This document shows positions 36,900 to 50,935 of a DNA stretch of 64,000 bases, in pieces. The translations under genes and the position numbers were made by a program. The DNA is from Antechinus flavipes (taxonomy: Eukaryota): assembly GCF_016432865.1 (NCBI RefSeq), contig NC_067400.1, forward strand, positions 571,020,001 through 571,084,000. The letters are read 5' to 3'. The notes under the pieces are model-generated. The model made no database searches and was not told the origin of the DNA. It worked only from the letters and a program-made list of their open reading frames with translations. Within the stretch, counting starts at the first letter, position 1. Every line of letters begins with the position of its first letter.

Positions 36900-39300
36900 A
36901 AGGAGCTAAGAAAATTTAGGGATGATTTAGCCAGATGAAATACATCTAAAAAGAGCTAATTAAAATGAATTTATTTGAAGACTTGAATCTGATCAAAATG
37001 GCTGTAAGGGGAAAGAAAACTTGCCAACATTTAGCCAATAAGCTCGATGGTATAGAAAGCTCCTAACAAGAATAATCCATAGGAAACTGAGAAACTATAA
37101 AACTGTTAGGCCTCAGGTGTCTACATTTTTATATACCATAGCTAATAGGGAGAATTAGAGATCTTAATACAAGAGGTAAATTTGATGTAGGTATCACTGA
37201 GCTTTAGTGAGATGAGACTGGACTAGAATTTGGTTTTGGAAGAAAGGTGTACTTTATTCAGAAGGAATTCCAGTGGGAGTAACCTTGCATATAAAGAAGG
37301 TAAATGAGGAAATCTAAGCACTCAAACGTGAAAACATGGCAGCATTTTAGAGAGTCAGTGGAGGCTAAAAAATGCAATATAGACACTAGACAAAAGATGA
37401 GTTTGACTATCAATAGGCATTAAGTGCTTCCGATGTCCCTGAAACATGTTAAATGCTGAGAAGACCAAAAAAAAAAAAAATGTTCACATTCTGATGGGGG
37501 CAAAAAATATAATTGACAAGGTACCTAAAAGAAAAGTAAATGGAAGTTAATCTGAAGAGAAGGAGGAAGGGAAATCAGGAAGTGGGGGTAGAGGGGAGGA
37601 GGATTCCAAGTATAAGAGAAAGCCAGTGCAAATGTAGAGATGAGCAATGGAAAGTCCTTACTATGTGTCAGGTCCTGTCCCATTTTATTGCAAATATTTC
37701 ATTTGTCACAACATCCCTATCTTTATAATTTATTATAGCTAAGGAAACAGAGTCACATGATCAATATCTGATGCTGGATTTGAACTTGTGTCTTCCTGAT
37801 TCCAAATGTGGCCCTCTATCAAGGCACTTGACTGCCTCCAGGCCAATGTAAGTGGATCATAAGAGTCCAAGGAAGGAAATAAAATGGAAGAAAACTGCCC
37901 TGGTAGGAAAGGGCTAGGTTGTGAAGAACTTTATGTATGATCCTGGAGGGGGTAAAAGATGGTTTGGAGTAGGAAAAATTTAGGCAGGGTGCCCAACCAG
38001 AAGATTATTGGCAATAGTCGAAAGGAGTAATGAATGTCTAACCTATCATAATGCTCTAACCTATCATAATGCCTCTGAAAGTGGAGAGAAAGGAATCTAT
38101 AGGAGATTGTAAAGATAAAAAGATTCAGCAATGGATTGGATAAGTGAGATATGGGTGAGAAGTTAAAAATGACACCAAGGTTGTGAACCTGAGCAATGAA
38201 TAGTATTTATATAGCACTTGAAGGTTTGCAAAGCTTAGAAAATGCTGCATTTTATCCTCACAATGAACCTAGGGGCAGGTGCTAGTATTCTCATTTTATA
38301 GGTGAAACAGGCAGAAAGCCACTTGTTCAGAGCTATGCAGCTATTATGTTTTTGAGGTAGAATTTTCAATCTCTCCAGTCCATGTGCACCAATATCCATT
38401 ATGCCATCTAGCTGAGTGACTGGGAGTACCCTTGACAATAATAGGGAACTTTGTGGGAGGGAAGGGGAAGATGTTTTGTTTAGACCATTTATGTTTGTAA
38501 ATAACCAATTCATGTTATTTAAGAGAGTTTTGATAAATGACTAGTCCAGGAAAGAGACTAGGGCTGAATATATCATTTGGGAATTATCTTACAGATAGAT
38601 GATAATTGAACTTAAGGAGCTGATGAGCTTACTCAGACAAGGCCTAGTACAGAACATTAGTCGATGGTCATGATTTGGGGGATTGAGGAGGAGGAACATG
38701 ACATGGATGAAGAACTAGCAAAGGATATTAAAGAATGATCAGATAGATGGATGATTAGGAAAGAACATGAAAATTCAGAGAAGAGAGAATATTCAATAGG
38801 GAAAAGTCATTAGCAGTGAAGAAAAGTAAAGGTGAAGATTTGGGAAAAGGGCCATTATATTTGGCAGATCATGGGTACCTTAGGAGCAGACAATTGCTGT
38901 CGTCATTTGATTGATGAGGTCAAATGCCATACTGCAAGAGTTTAGAAAAGAGGAAGTGGAGGCAACTAGTACAGATGGCTTTCTCATGAATTAGCAGGTT
39001 ACAAACCTGGATGGAAAGCACTTTGATCATGCAGATGTTTGCTGGAGTACTTTTTCTGCTGAAAGAATTGACAATCTTGGCTTGTCTTCTTGTTTTCATT
39101 CTTTAAAAGGAGTAGGAAGCCAAAAGGGAATTGGCATTCTAGACTTAATTCTTCTCAATAAGAAGGAACAGATTATTTAAATAGAAATGATGGGCATCTG
39201 AGGAGCAAATAATCATTATGGAATTTATGAACTAAGCAAAATCTGTCATGGACTCTAGACTGTGAGAGAATAGGTAACAAAATACTAATAGAAAAGTAAG
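36900..39300. mobile_element. Ancient CR1/L3 fragments interrupted by an antisense L2 and a MIR
   Basis: Degenerate LINE-like text; family assignment from recall, boundaries approximate. Confidence 0.4.
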
Positions 39301-40663
39301 GAAAAATTCCACGTAGGAAAGGTGAACAACTGGTTAAGAAAATTATATTTTAATGTTTGGACACAGTGAAGGAATTTAGCCAGGCAGCCGAAGTAAGTGC
39401 TGATACTGGGGATGCAAAGAAAGACAAAAAGACAATTTTGCCCATAAAAAGCTCACAATCCAAGAGGAAAGTACATATCAAAAACTAAGTACATAAAGAT
39501 ATGTACACAATAGATGGAAGGTACAGAGCACAGCTTCTTAAACTTTTACCACTCACAACCCCTTTTTGCCTGACTTTTTACACAAGCTTAGCTATATAGA
39601 TATATAAATCAAATACTGATAATTCCCACATTGTTACAAGACTCCATATGAAATTTATACCCTTAAATTTAAGAAGCTTTGATATAGAGTACAGAGCACC
39701 ATCTAAAAGAGGCTAATATCTTTGCTTGAATTTTTGTGACCATGAGATCTTCAAAATGAAAAGGGTAAAAAAAGAAAATTCCACTCCAGGAAGTTATCTG
39801 AAGAATGACAGAAAACACTCCAGAAAGACATTTTGAAGAGATGATTCCAGTAAGGAAATATGATGGGAAGAAAGAGAGTTCTTAAAGAGAAAAATGTGGC
39901 TGAACAGGAAACTTAATTCTGAATTTTTAAAAGACATTTTGGAAATGGAAGCAAAAGCAGGTAAGTAAGGATAAAAACAAAAGTATCCTATGATTTCTTC
40001 ACTTCGCCATCCACACTTCCGTACTTTCTCCCCACTTTCCTGTTTCTGTTGATACAATCTCTCTAATATCTAACCAGACAATAGTCTGATAAATGCTAAA
40101 TTCACATCTCATTTCCTTTTCCCCATTCATAGAGTCACTATGTTCAAACCTCCAGTCCCAATTGTCAAAACTGTTATAGTGCAATATCCTCCTAATTAGT
40201 TTTGTTTGACTGTACATGTTTGGCAGTTTTTCCTTCATTGTTTATTCTTGGGGTAGGAGCTTAGAGCAGGTGGGAGGGAGAGGGGTAGATTTTTGTTGAT
40301 TGACAAAATAAAATTATAATTTTAGAAAGTTACCTCCCTGTCTCCAATCTCTCTTTTTATAGGGCTACTGAAATATTTCTAACATACATACCTGATCACT
40401 CTGTGCTGATAAGTTTTTAGGATAGAATCAATTGCTTCTAGGATGACACTTTCCTAGTCATGTTTTCCAAGCCTTGATCCAAATGATTACACTTTACATA
40501 TTCAAGTTCCAGCTAAATTACAGTTCGTTTTTTTACTTCACTTTATACTCCAGTATTCCATCTCCTGCCATGAGATGAGGCTGCTGCTATGAGCCTCAGA
40601 CACATTTTCAAAGCTCAGCCTAGACGTTTATTTCGCCTAGCTGAAAGGATCCTCTCCTTACAA

Positions 40664-40811
40664 TTGTATTTTATTTTATTTGCTGAGGGGATTGGAATTA
40701 AGTGACTTGCCCAGGGTCACAAAGCTAGGAAGTGTTAAGTGTCTGAGGTCGCATTTGAACTCAGATCTTCCTAACCACCCCCTGCCCTATCCACTGCGCT
40801 ACCTAGCTGTC
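40664..40811 (-). mobile_element. WSINE1-type SINE
   Basis: Full-length antisense copy; near-perfect TSD CCTC(T/C)CCTTACAA. Confidence 0.88.
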
Positions 40812-41154
40812 CCTCCCCTTACAACTTAGAATACTAGGTTTCTTTCTTCTTTCCCCAAAACTGGTTACACCCTACCTGGTACTTCTCTGTGGGCTCATTT
40901 CCACCTCAGATTGCTGTTTTCCCGGATCTTGGAGGCAGGGGTAAATCTGGGGAACTTCCTTGTCTCAATTTCAGTTGCTGCCCCATTTCTATGTGTCCAC
41001 TTGGAACTCTGCAAGAAGTCTATAGGATTCTCTCTGGGCTGAGAGGAATATGTGAAATGGGAAGGGCGACCCACACAAGTCTCGGTTTGTGAGTCTCTGA
41101 AACCGATAGAATTCACGAAACCTTCTCAAAGACGATCGTCTTGCCTGACTCTCG

Positions 41155-41272
41155 GAAGGAAAGAAAGAAAGAAAGAGAAGAGAGAGAGACAGAGAGAGAG
41201 GAAAAAAGAAGGAAGACAAGAGAAGGAAGGAAATAATATGGAAAGCAGAGGGAAGGAAAGAAGGAAGGAAAA
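41155..41272 (+). repeat. Purine-rich (GAAA)n/(GA)n/(GGAA)n simple repeat
   Basis: Read directly. Confidence 0.85.
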
Positions 41273-44200
41273 ATGCGTCTAAGTGCTGGTTCGTCCCGGA
41301 GTTAATAGCTGCCTCTCTGCGACCCCCATCCCCAAGACTCCTCCGCCCTCCGGGATTGTGAGCTCAGAGGGATATGAGAAAGGATAAGGAGACCAGTGTC
41401 CAAGCCAAGGATACTCCCTACCCCACCTTCGACTAGTATAGTTATCCCCTCGGAATACCCTGGCCCCGGGGTAAAACGTAATCCAAGTGGAGCAGCTTCC
41501 CTAAAGCCTCCTGAAAACAAAAAAAGGGGGTTTCAAAACCCTGCTTTCCACATTTAAAACCTTTGCTCCTCCAAAGCTAGTGGCTGGGAGACTTCCCGGG
41601 GGTCGTCAAATAGAAGGGATCAGATCTGACTGTAGACACTACAGTGGCCTGGGCGTGAGAATCTTAGAACCCAAGTAGAGGAAATAGTTGGAGTTGTTCT
41701 AAAAGGGAAGTCTTTTAAGCCGCAGGATAAGGGCCGTTGGGGATCCTCCCCAAAGTATTCTAAGTCAAACCCAAAACTCGAGTAAATGATAGATCGGGAG
41801 CAGGTTGATCCTAAGTTCTAGGTGAAGGAAAAGGGGAGAGAAGGGCGAGGGTGGGAGGGAGGAAAATGGACCAGCGGGATCTAAGGAGTGAATTGCCAAT
41901 AGATTTTCTCTATATAGTTTTTACATCAGCTTTGCCCTTATATAAAAATTTAATTTCCTGTGATTATGGTTGTGCCATTAGGAAAGCCAGCCTCCTCCAT
42001 GCTTTGAAACTTAGTTCCCTTACTGCACTTTACTCCATGTGGAAGACTGAATTAGGCAATTTCTAATGTTCTCACCAGAGTTGACAGTTTGTAGGTTCAA
42101 TAATTACATTATAGGTGTTTCTCTTTAAGCCACTCTTGAAAGCCAGTAGGGAAGGGGTGGTGAGGGAAGAAAAGGTGAAGGGGGAAAAAGGGATGAGGGA
42201 GAAAGCTCTGGATTTGGAGTCAAAGGATCTGGGAATCTCAGCTGTTATTTGTCCTTGTATGACCTTGGACAAGTCAATTCCCTTCTGTGTTTCCTGTTTG
42301 ATTCTCTGAAAAATGAGGGGCTTGGACTTGTCTGTTAACATGATCCTTCCCAGATTGAATTCTTATGACCTTGACCAATGTTTGTAATCCCACTCACTCT
42401 ACTCGGTATTTATTTTTTCACTGACAAGTCCACCACCTCTGATGCCTCACCTTGGCTTAGAGGTGACTATAGCTTCTCCAAAAAGGCTGAACTGATGGAG
42501 CACAAGCTCTGGAAAGATTTGGAAGATTGCCCCAGCTGCAGGCTGTCTGGCATTGGCCCAAGAATCAGCCTAATTGAAAAGATGGTCATTGTGATGGAGT
42601 TGGCTGGACCAGTGATCATTTTTTTTAATTAAAAAAAAATGTTTTTGGTGGCTGAAGAAGCTCACATAAACCACTATGCCACAGAGGGGTAAGAACTGTA
42701 GAAGTGGAGAAAACCGCCTTCCCAGTAAAGTCACTGAACTTTGAAGTGTTGAAGAAACAGTAAATATTTGTCAGAATTAAAGTACCAGCTCTATGCAAAA
42801 AACCTCTGTCAGACTCTGAGGGCAAGGGAGAGATAAAATTTAAAGACAATATATTCCTTATCTTTGGGGGCCCACAGCAGAAAAGACACAAACAGGTAAC
42901 TATAATACATAGCATCACATGATAAATACATTAAAACATTATGAAATGCTGTGTTTAGTACTAGAAAAAGCCTTTAGTGGGGCAGGGATGCAGTATGGTT
43001 TTGTGAAAAGTGGTGCTATTTGAATTGGTTTTAAAGAATGGGATTGGAATACAGATGAAGAAAGAGGAAATTAGCATAAACAAAAGTGGAAAATCATGGG
43101 TTGTGTTCATAGGATTATAATATTTAGAGCTGAAAGGGACTTGGAGATTATTTAGTATACCCCTTTATTTCACAGATTTATGTTGTCAACAGGTATTTGT
43201 GTATCTCCCATGTGCCAGATATTATCACTAAATACTTATGTACTACAGGGATATAAAGAAAGACAAAAATACCAACAGGAAAGTGGCAAAGAATACCCAT
43301 ATTGGCTGACATAGATATTGTGAAGGGAGATAACAGACTGGAAAAGAGGTGGAATTCCTTCAACGTTAAGCACTAAGGTTTGAACTTTACTCATTAGGCA
43401 ATAGGAATCAGTTGAAATGTTTTCAACTATGGGTTAATATGTCTATATCTACAGAATAGAAAGATTATATGGACTGTACCAGAGGACCTGTCCAGATGTT
43501 ACATAGTCCTGGTAGATTATATAATAAGAGCTTGTTGTAAGGTGATGGCAATGGGAAGAGAGAAGAGAGGACTCATTTAATTTTTAAAGGTTTAGTTAAT
43601 ATTTTAGATAACAAAGTCAAGATTTGAAATCTTGACAAGCTAGAGCACTGAGTTGAAACTGAACAAGCATAAAAATATTTACGTAGTATAAAAAGTCAAC
43701 TTCAGAAGAGGCAAAGTTAGCAGCTCATCTGAAAAAGAACTTGGACTTTTCATTGACTATAAGCTCAATAGGGTCACATTGATTGTAAGTTCAATAGAGT
43801 CACATTGACTGTAGGCTCACTAGGAGTCAACAGTATGACATGGTAGCCAAAGGGTTGCAATTTTGGGCTGCAGGACAATAGGCATAGCCACATTGACTAA
43901 AGAGGGACTGGTGGCTTAGCCTGAAGAAGAGGAGACTGGAGAAAGCACCTAACATGCTATATCAGCACCAGTTGGAGGAGTTAAGGATGTTTAGTCTGAA
44001 GAAGAGAATTGTTTTCAAGAATTTGAGGGGCCAGCCATCCTGAGACTCATTTTATTCTTTTGTAAAATGGGTATGATGATAGAATTACTATGAGGAAAAC
44101 ATTTCTTAATCTTGCCTTATAAATGAGGTTTTTATATATATATTTCGATGATGTCCTCTTGTTCTACGGAGGAGTGAATATGCATGGGAAAGGAATACAA

Positions 44201-46064
44201 AGATGGGATGAGAGATCACTAGAGGGGTTCAGTGAAGGTCTGAGTAAAAACTCCTGATTCTGATTGAGGCAGAACTCTGAAGTCAGTGTGCCCAAAGACA
44301 CTAAACCAAATGCAAACCTTGGTCTTCTTCTTACTCCAATCTCTGCCCTGCCTTCTACTTCTGTTCTCTAATCTTCAGTATATCAGCCTCTAGCCTCCAT
44401 TCTCATAATTAATTTCATTCTCCATGCCCACTCCTTCCATAATTTATCCCCACATCTGATCCCATCCTCTATCAGCATAACTGCCTCCACTTTCTATCTC
44501 CATGCCTGCCATTATTCTTTGCCCCATACCAGTTATGTTACCCACTATCTGATGGACAGAGACATAGCTTAAGATAAAGATCCCACAGAGAAGCTGCTCT
44601 AAGGAAGACATTCATTTTAGGAATTTTAGGAAGACAAGTTCCCCAGGAGGTGGGAAGGTCTGAAGGTCCAGAGGTCAAAGCCTTGGGGACACTTTTCATG
44701 TTGATTCCCTTCTTGATCCTAGATTTCTCTGACTACATCAAGCCCTTCAAAGAGTAGAAAGCATTCCTGAAGAATGCTGAAAATATTCTGTCCTTCTCAA
44801 CATGACTATGGGATTGTTTTTTATCTCCATTGTTTCCATGTATGGGCAATGATCCCAGGACTACGGTGGCTATGGGGCTGAGGTCAGGGGCCACAGGGTG
44901 GACACATAGCCTTGTCCAACATAAGCTAGGGCACGGGGTTCAGTCAGGAGACCTGTATTCTATGTCTGGTCTTGCCCCATACTTCATAGGTGATCTTAAG
45001 TAGATCACTTTCTTTCTCTGGTCCTCAGTTTGATAACTGTAAAATGGGTTGGAGCAAATTATCTCTATGATTTCTTGTAACTCTATAGTTCTTCATTTTC
45101 CTGCTTTCTCCCTCCCGCCCCCCCCCCCCCCGAAAATCCCAATGTGCCTTTTGGTTCCTTTTCAGCAGCTTTTTGATTAAGGGCCAGACGACTGAATATC
45201 TGCTCTACTCTGGGTGATGATTTTACACCCTATGTCTCAGAACAGTCCCCATCTCATCTTCTTGCCCTCTTAATATTTCTAATCCACCACATTTCCCATA
45301 GCCATAATAGACATGCTACTATTCCCTAAGTCACAGCATTATAGACTATGTACAGAAGGTTCTGGAAAGGACCTTTGAAAAGAGCCAGCAAGTCCAACAC
45401 ACTCATTTTACAATATACCCAGAGTCACCTCGAAGAGATGGAAGCAGTCTGAATTCAGGCCTTCCTGACTCTAAGCCCACGATGCCATTACTGTATTAAC
45501 TAGCTGCCTCAAATAAGGTCAACAGTGGGACTTGAAGTCAGAACTTCTTACTTTCAAAGTTGCCTTCTCTTTCTCTCTTATCCCCAACCACTTCTATATT
45601 CATTCATTAACTCACAAGCATTGCTGACCTCTGCTTTATAGAGGGTCTTGTCCTGGAGCACTCACTGTTAGGAACAGAGAAGAGAGAAAGATCCCACCTT
45701 AAGACTTAACAGCTCAGTAGAACAGTAAGTACATAATAATAGAAAACTTTTTAAAATTACAAACTTAAGAAATAAAACAAGTATTTCTGTAGCAAAATAG
45801 AATTTTATAAGGGGAGAATGACATGAAATTGCAAATCCATTATATATAATTTTTTTTTCCTTTTAAATGTATAATACAATTATCATGTAATTTTTTTTTT
45901 GCTGTTCCATTCTCCTACCTGCCTTAGAAATGCCTACCATCAGACCCAAATATCTCTCTCTGAAACCAAAAATAAGGGACAATTAAATTGCACTTATGGT
46001 TTACAAAATTGTTTTGTATATTTTACATACATTTTCTGTTCCCTTTAACTCTATAAGGTTTCTT

Positions 46065-46325
46065 ACCTAGCCCTGATCACTGAATGGGTGTTGCCTCAGT
46101 CAAACTGGGGCCTATTAAAGAGCTTAGCTTAAAAAAGCCAAGGTCTCCCATTGCATCCAGTCGTCTGATCTATGTCTGGCCACTAGACCCAGAGGATTCT
46201 GGAGGGGAAAGTGGGGCAGGTGACCTTGCCCAGCCCTCCCTCCCTCCAATCCAATTCACTTGCATGTCATGGCATCACCTCCCTGATGTCATCTCATCTT
46301 CAGGAATGAAGGATATACAACTACA
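46065..46325. mobile_element. Marsupial RTE-related SINE/LINE fragment
   Basis: Matches a common marsupial repeat (gaatgggtgttgcctcagtcaaact...caattcacttgcatgtcatggcatcac), from recall. Confidence 0.5.
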
Positions 46326-46606
46326 TCATGAAGAAGAAAGTACAACTTTCATAATCCCTATTTTATGAATAAGGAAACATTTCAGAATGACTGAGTGACT
46401 TCCCCAAAGGACTATCACTCTGAACCCAGATTCAAACTTATGTTACAAAGTTGATGTTATTCCATAAGAAACTCTGTGCTAATGAGAAAGAGCCAGATGG
46501 CTTGCTCCTAGAAGACACTGCCTTTGGGAGATATCTGTCTGATTTCAGCTCCTCATTCCCCTGGAAGACCTGAGCCTTTGCTGACTCTTTACAAAACTGA
46601 AGGCAA

Positions 46607-47247
46607 TGTTTGTAGTGGCTAGAAGCTGGAAAATGAATGGATGCCCATCAATTGGAGAATGGTTGAGTAAATTGTGGTATATGAATGTTATGGAATATTA
46701 TTGTTCTGTAAGGAATGACCAGCAGGATGGATACAGAGAGGACTGGGGAGACTTACATGAACTGATGTTGAGTGAAATGAGCAGAACCAGGAGATCATTA
46801 TATACCTCAACAATGATACTGTTTGAGGATGTATTCTGATGGAAGTGGATCTCTTCGATAAAGAGAGCTAATTCAGTTTCAATTGATCAAGGATGGACAG
46901 AAGCAGCTACACCCAAAGAAAGAACACTGGGAAATGAATATAAACTGCTTGCATTTTTGTTTTTCTTCCTGGATTATTTATACCTTCTGAATCCAATTCT
47001 CCCTGTGCAACAAGAGAACTGTTCAGTTCTGCACACATATATTGTATCTAGGATATACTGTAACCTATTCAACATGTAAAGGACTGCTTGCTATCTGGGG
47101 GAGAGGGTGGAGGGAGGGAGGGGAAAAATCGGAACAGAAGTGAATGCAAGGGACAATGCTGTAAAAAATTACCCAGGCATGGGTTCGTCAATAAAAAGTT
47201 ATTTAAAAAAATAATAAAATAAAATCTAAGAACTTAAAAAAAAAAAA
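46607..47247 (+). mobile_element. Young 5'-truncated L1
   Basis: ORF2 end nearly identical to 12640-12870; 14-bp TSD AAAACTGAAGGCAA at 46593-46606 and 47248-47261. Confidence 0.93.
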
Positions 47248-47923
47248 AAAACTGAAGGCAAGTGGTTGGTAATGTTAATATTAGGCCGGAAGTCAAGGTT
47301 TGATTCCAGGTTTGGTCGTCCTTGTCTTTCTCATCCTCTGCCCAAAGGAGAGCACGTATGGCAATAATCTGGGAATTGGGAATGGGGAGTTAACTGTTTC
47401 TTAAAAGGGAATAAGATTGGAGATCATCTTGGTCCTGTGGAGCCTAGTCCTTGGAGAAATCCTGTGCAGCCAAAAACAGTTTATGTCTCTTTATTTGCCC
47501 TTTCTCTTCAGCATGCCCCTTTGTCACTGGCATCATCTGTTGCCATACCTTATCTCCCCATTGCCCTTCTCCCAAGGAGCCTGACTCTCATCCTGCTGAG
47601 CAGGGGCCAAGTTAGATGGTTTGGCTGACTTCTTTTTTGGCCTCAACACTGCCCTGCTTTTGACGGTGGTTGGGCTCCTGAGTGGAGTGCTTGCCTCCTC
47701 GTTTATGCTGGCTGTCTTCCTCCACTTGTGTTTCCATTCAACTAGTAAACATGGTCAAGGGGAACCAGAAAGCTAAGCAAGACAACAAGGAGTCTTAGTA
47801 CTTCAAGTCCCATAAATTAGAGCCCAAACAGTTGTCAAGAAGTTAGGATGGTCCAAATCTGACAATATGCTTTGGTAAGGAAAATGTTAGGTTTTGAAGT
47901 TGAGTTTAAAAATTAACTTCACA

Positions 47924-48512
47924 TGAATTATGCTGAAAAGGCTATTAAACTGTGCATACCTTTTGATAAAGTAGGGCATGTACTACTGGGTCTGTATCCT
48001 AAGGAAATCATAAAAGAGCGAAAAGGACCCACATGCACAAAAATGTTTGTAGCAGTTCTTTTGTTGTTGTTGGGAAAGAATTGGAAACTGAGTGGATGCC
48101 CATCAATTGGAAAATTATGAACAAGCTGATTTTAGAAAGGTCTGGAAAGATTTACATGAACTGATACTGAGAAAAACAATCAGAACCAAGAATACATCGT
48201 ACATAATAATAGCAAGATTATGCAATGATCAATCATAAAAGACTTCATTCTTCTCAGTTGTTCAGTGAGCCAAGGGAATCTCAAAAATTTTGGATAGAAA
48301 ATGCCATCTGCATCCAGAGAGAAAACTATGGATACTGAATTTAAGTCAACACATGCTATGTTCACTTTTTTCAGTTATTTTTTTCTCTTGTGATTTTCCC
48401 CTTTGATATTTTTCTCTCTCAACATTATTCATAGGGAAATGAGTTAAAGAAAAAAAAATAAATGTACATGTATAAGCAGAAAAAATTTTAAAGCGCCAAA
48501 AAAAAAAAAAAA
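47924..48512 (+). mobile_element. Older 5'-truncated L1
   Basis: NYAEKAIKLCIPFD ORF2 remnant, poly(A), flanking TAACTTCACA duplication. Confidence 0.85.
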
Positions 48513-48929
48513 ATCTAACTTCACACACTCAGGGTGGGGAAACTACAGTTTGTGGAGAAAACTTGTTGTGGATCCTTAAAGAATAATGAATTCAGTAAGT
48601 CAAGAGTATGATAAGAAATTTTAAAAATGAACATAAGTTTAAGCTGTATTGAGAAGTATGGTGTCTAGAAGAAGACATGACAGTCTTCCTGGCCTTTGCC
48701 CTAACTAGATCATATCTGGAGTATTTTTTAATTCTGGTCAAGATATTTTAGAGACAAGCTAAAGAGGGTGCAGAGAAGGGTGAACAGGATGAGTGAAGGG
48801 GAGACTTTAAAATATGCCCTATAATGTTTAATGGAAGAAACTGAGGACATTAGCCTTGAGAAGAGGACTTAAGAGAATTGTCTCCAAGTATTTCAAGTGC
48901 TGTCACAGGGAAAAGGAATTAAACTTTTC

Positions 48930-49080
48930 TTTGTTGATTTTTTTTTATTCAGTCATATCCAACTTTCTGTGACCTCATTTAGGTTTTCTTGGCAAAGACA
49001 TTAGAGTGGTTTTCCATTTAGTTTTCTAGCTTCTTTTACAGATGATGAAACTGAGATACACAGGATTCGGTGACTTATCC
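48930..49080 (-). mobile_element. MAR1-type CORE-SINE
   Basis: ttcagtca...ttttcttggcaaaga...gagtggtt..ccatt...ttttacagatga.gaaactgag. Confidence 0.7.
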
Positions 49081-50714
49081 TACCTCCCACTTCTCTAAAA
49101 ATTACAAGATAAAATTGGAGTGGTCTGCTTCTTGAGATTTAAAGTGCCCTGATACTAGAGATCTTTGACCAGTGCAGGAATGACTACATGACTTGTTAAG
49201 GATTCTTCTTCAGGTCATATTGAACTAGAATCTCCAAGAGTTCTAAGAGATGGGAAGAGTCTAGGGTCTGCCCAGAGGTGGGAAATGACACAACAGAACT
49301 TGTCAAAGGGAGCCTTACTCAGTAAAACTGTGAAATCTCCAGGAGTTTGTCTTAGATACCTCTTCTCTAAAGATCCCTCTCCCTTCCCATTCCCAGCATC
49401 TATTCTGTGTCCAAACAAGTTGCATAAGGCCTAGTCCTCCCACCCTATGTATCAATGTTAGTGGCAGTTAATATGCTGCCTCTCCAAGAGTTGACACCTT
49501 TCAAGAAGTGAACATTGAGGAGTCAAAAGAAAAGCATCTCTGATAGTGGAACTGAAGATGTAACAGGCAGTAGGGGAAATAGTCTTGTGCATGTGTCTGG
49601 AAGAGCAGGGAAGGGGGAGGGCAAAGTTGACCCTCTGATCCCTTTTTCATAAGAAATGTCAGGTATCCATTTTCATGTCAATCTCCTAGGGAATGGCTAT
49701 CTTATCCCCAAGCCCTACTTTCCTGTGAGGGAGTCAGTCTGATCCAGTCTATATTAGGGAATAGAGATGAAAGAATAAAGCAAGGATTAATGTGGACAAA
49801 GATGACCCAATCCCCTAATGAACAACTAGACGTCTGTTCTTTAGAATGTTTATTTGATAGTAAAACATCATCTTCATATTGTTTTGTCATATCATTTCTG
49901 CCCTGGAAATTACTGAAGCCTGGACACAACCAGAGCAAACTGGTCTTCAGGTCAGAATATATATACACGAGTGTCTATGTGGGCAAGGGATAGATGAATA
50001 GAAGTGTCCACTGACTTCACACTTTCATTATGGTTCAGAATGGATTGAAAGCCAGATAACCTAGTTTCAAATTCTAGCTCTTTCTCATTCTGGGCTTCAC
50101 TTTTTCCATCAATAAAATGGTGAAGGAATGGGGGTCAATGACATGCCATTTCCAGCTCTGTCTTCCAAAGGGCTTCCTATTCCCTGGAAGGGTCTTTGAT
50201 CTTGAGAACAGAACCCACATCCCCACCATCAAAGAGCACTGTCTCTTAGAAAAGTGAAAAGAAAAAGTTCTAGATTCACATTCACAGATTAAGACACTTT
50301 GAGCTGTTGGACCTTTATGGATCCTTCACAATGATCTCTAGGATGATCCCTGAGTACCCTTTCTGATCCTTGAGTTGTTCTAGGAGCTGCAAGGATGCCT
50401 TCTTCTGGCCCACAAACTATTTCAGAGTCAGGACCTGACTGGACTTCATTCTCTAAATCTTCTCAGACCTGCTAAGGCCTATTCCTGACTGGTGAAATGC
50501 TATAGATCTGCTCAGTAGCAAGAACAAACTACCCCCCCACACACACCTTATTTGTGTGCTGGGTTGGCAAAAGGGAAGGGGCAGGAGCAGGATTCAGAGC
50601 CAGAATACTTGACAAAGAATAAGGATCATGTTAGATGGTGAGATGCAGGCAGAATATGGGGCTTGATATGGCTCAGAGGTTAAGACTGATAGCTTAACGT
50701 TGCTCTAGGTGCAG

Positions 50715-50935
50715 GTTATCATTCCAGTTGTGTCTCACTCTGTGAACCCACTGAGGTTTTCTTGACAGAGATACTGGAGTGGTTTGCCATTTCCCTCTCC
50801 AGCTTATTTTACCAATGAGAAAACTCAACTGCATTAAGTGACCAGCCCAAAGTCACACAGCTAATGTCTGAGGCCAGATTTAAACTCGGGAAGATGTCTT
50901 CCTGACTTTAGAAGCTCTATCTACCATACCTCGTA
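50715..50935 (-). mobile_element. MAR1-type CORE-SINE
   Basis: gatactggagtggtttgccatttcc tail followed by core and tRNA-derived head. Confidence 0.7.

Noticed and set aside
50160-50480. Candidate TMEM269 exons (GLPIPWKGL etc.)
   Set aside because: Weak similarity; much better matches were found at 51931 and 52815.
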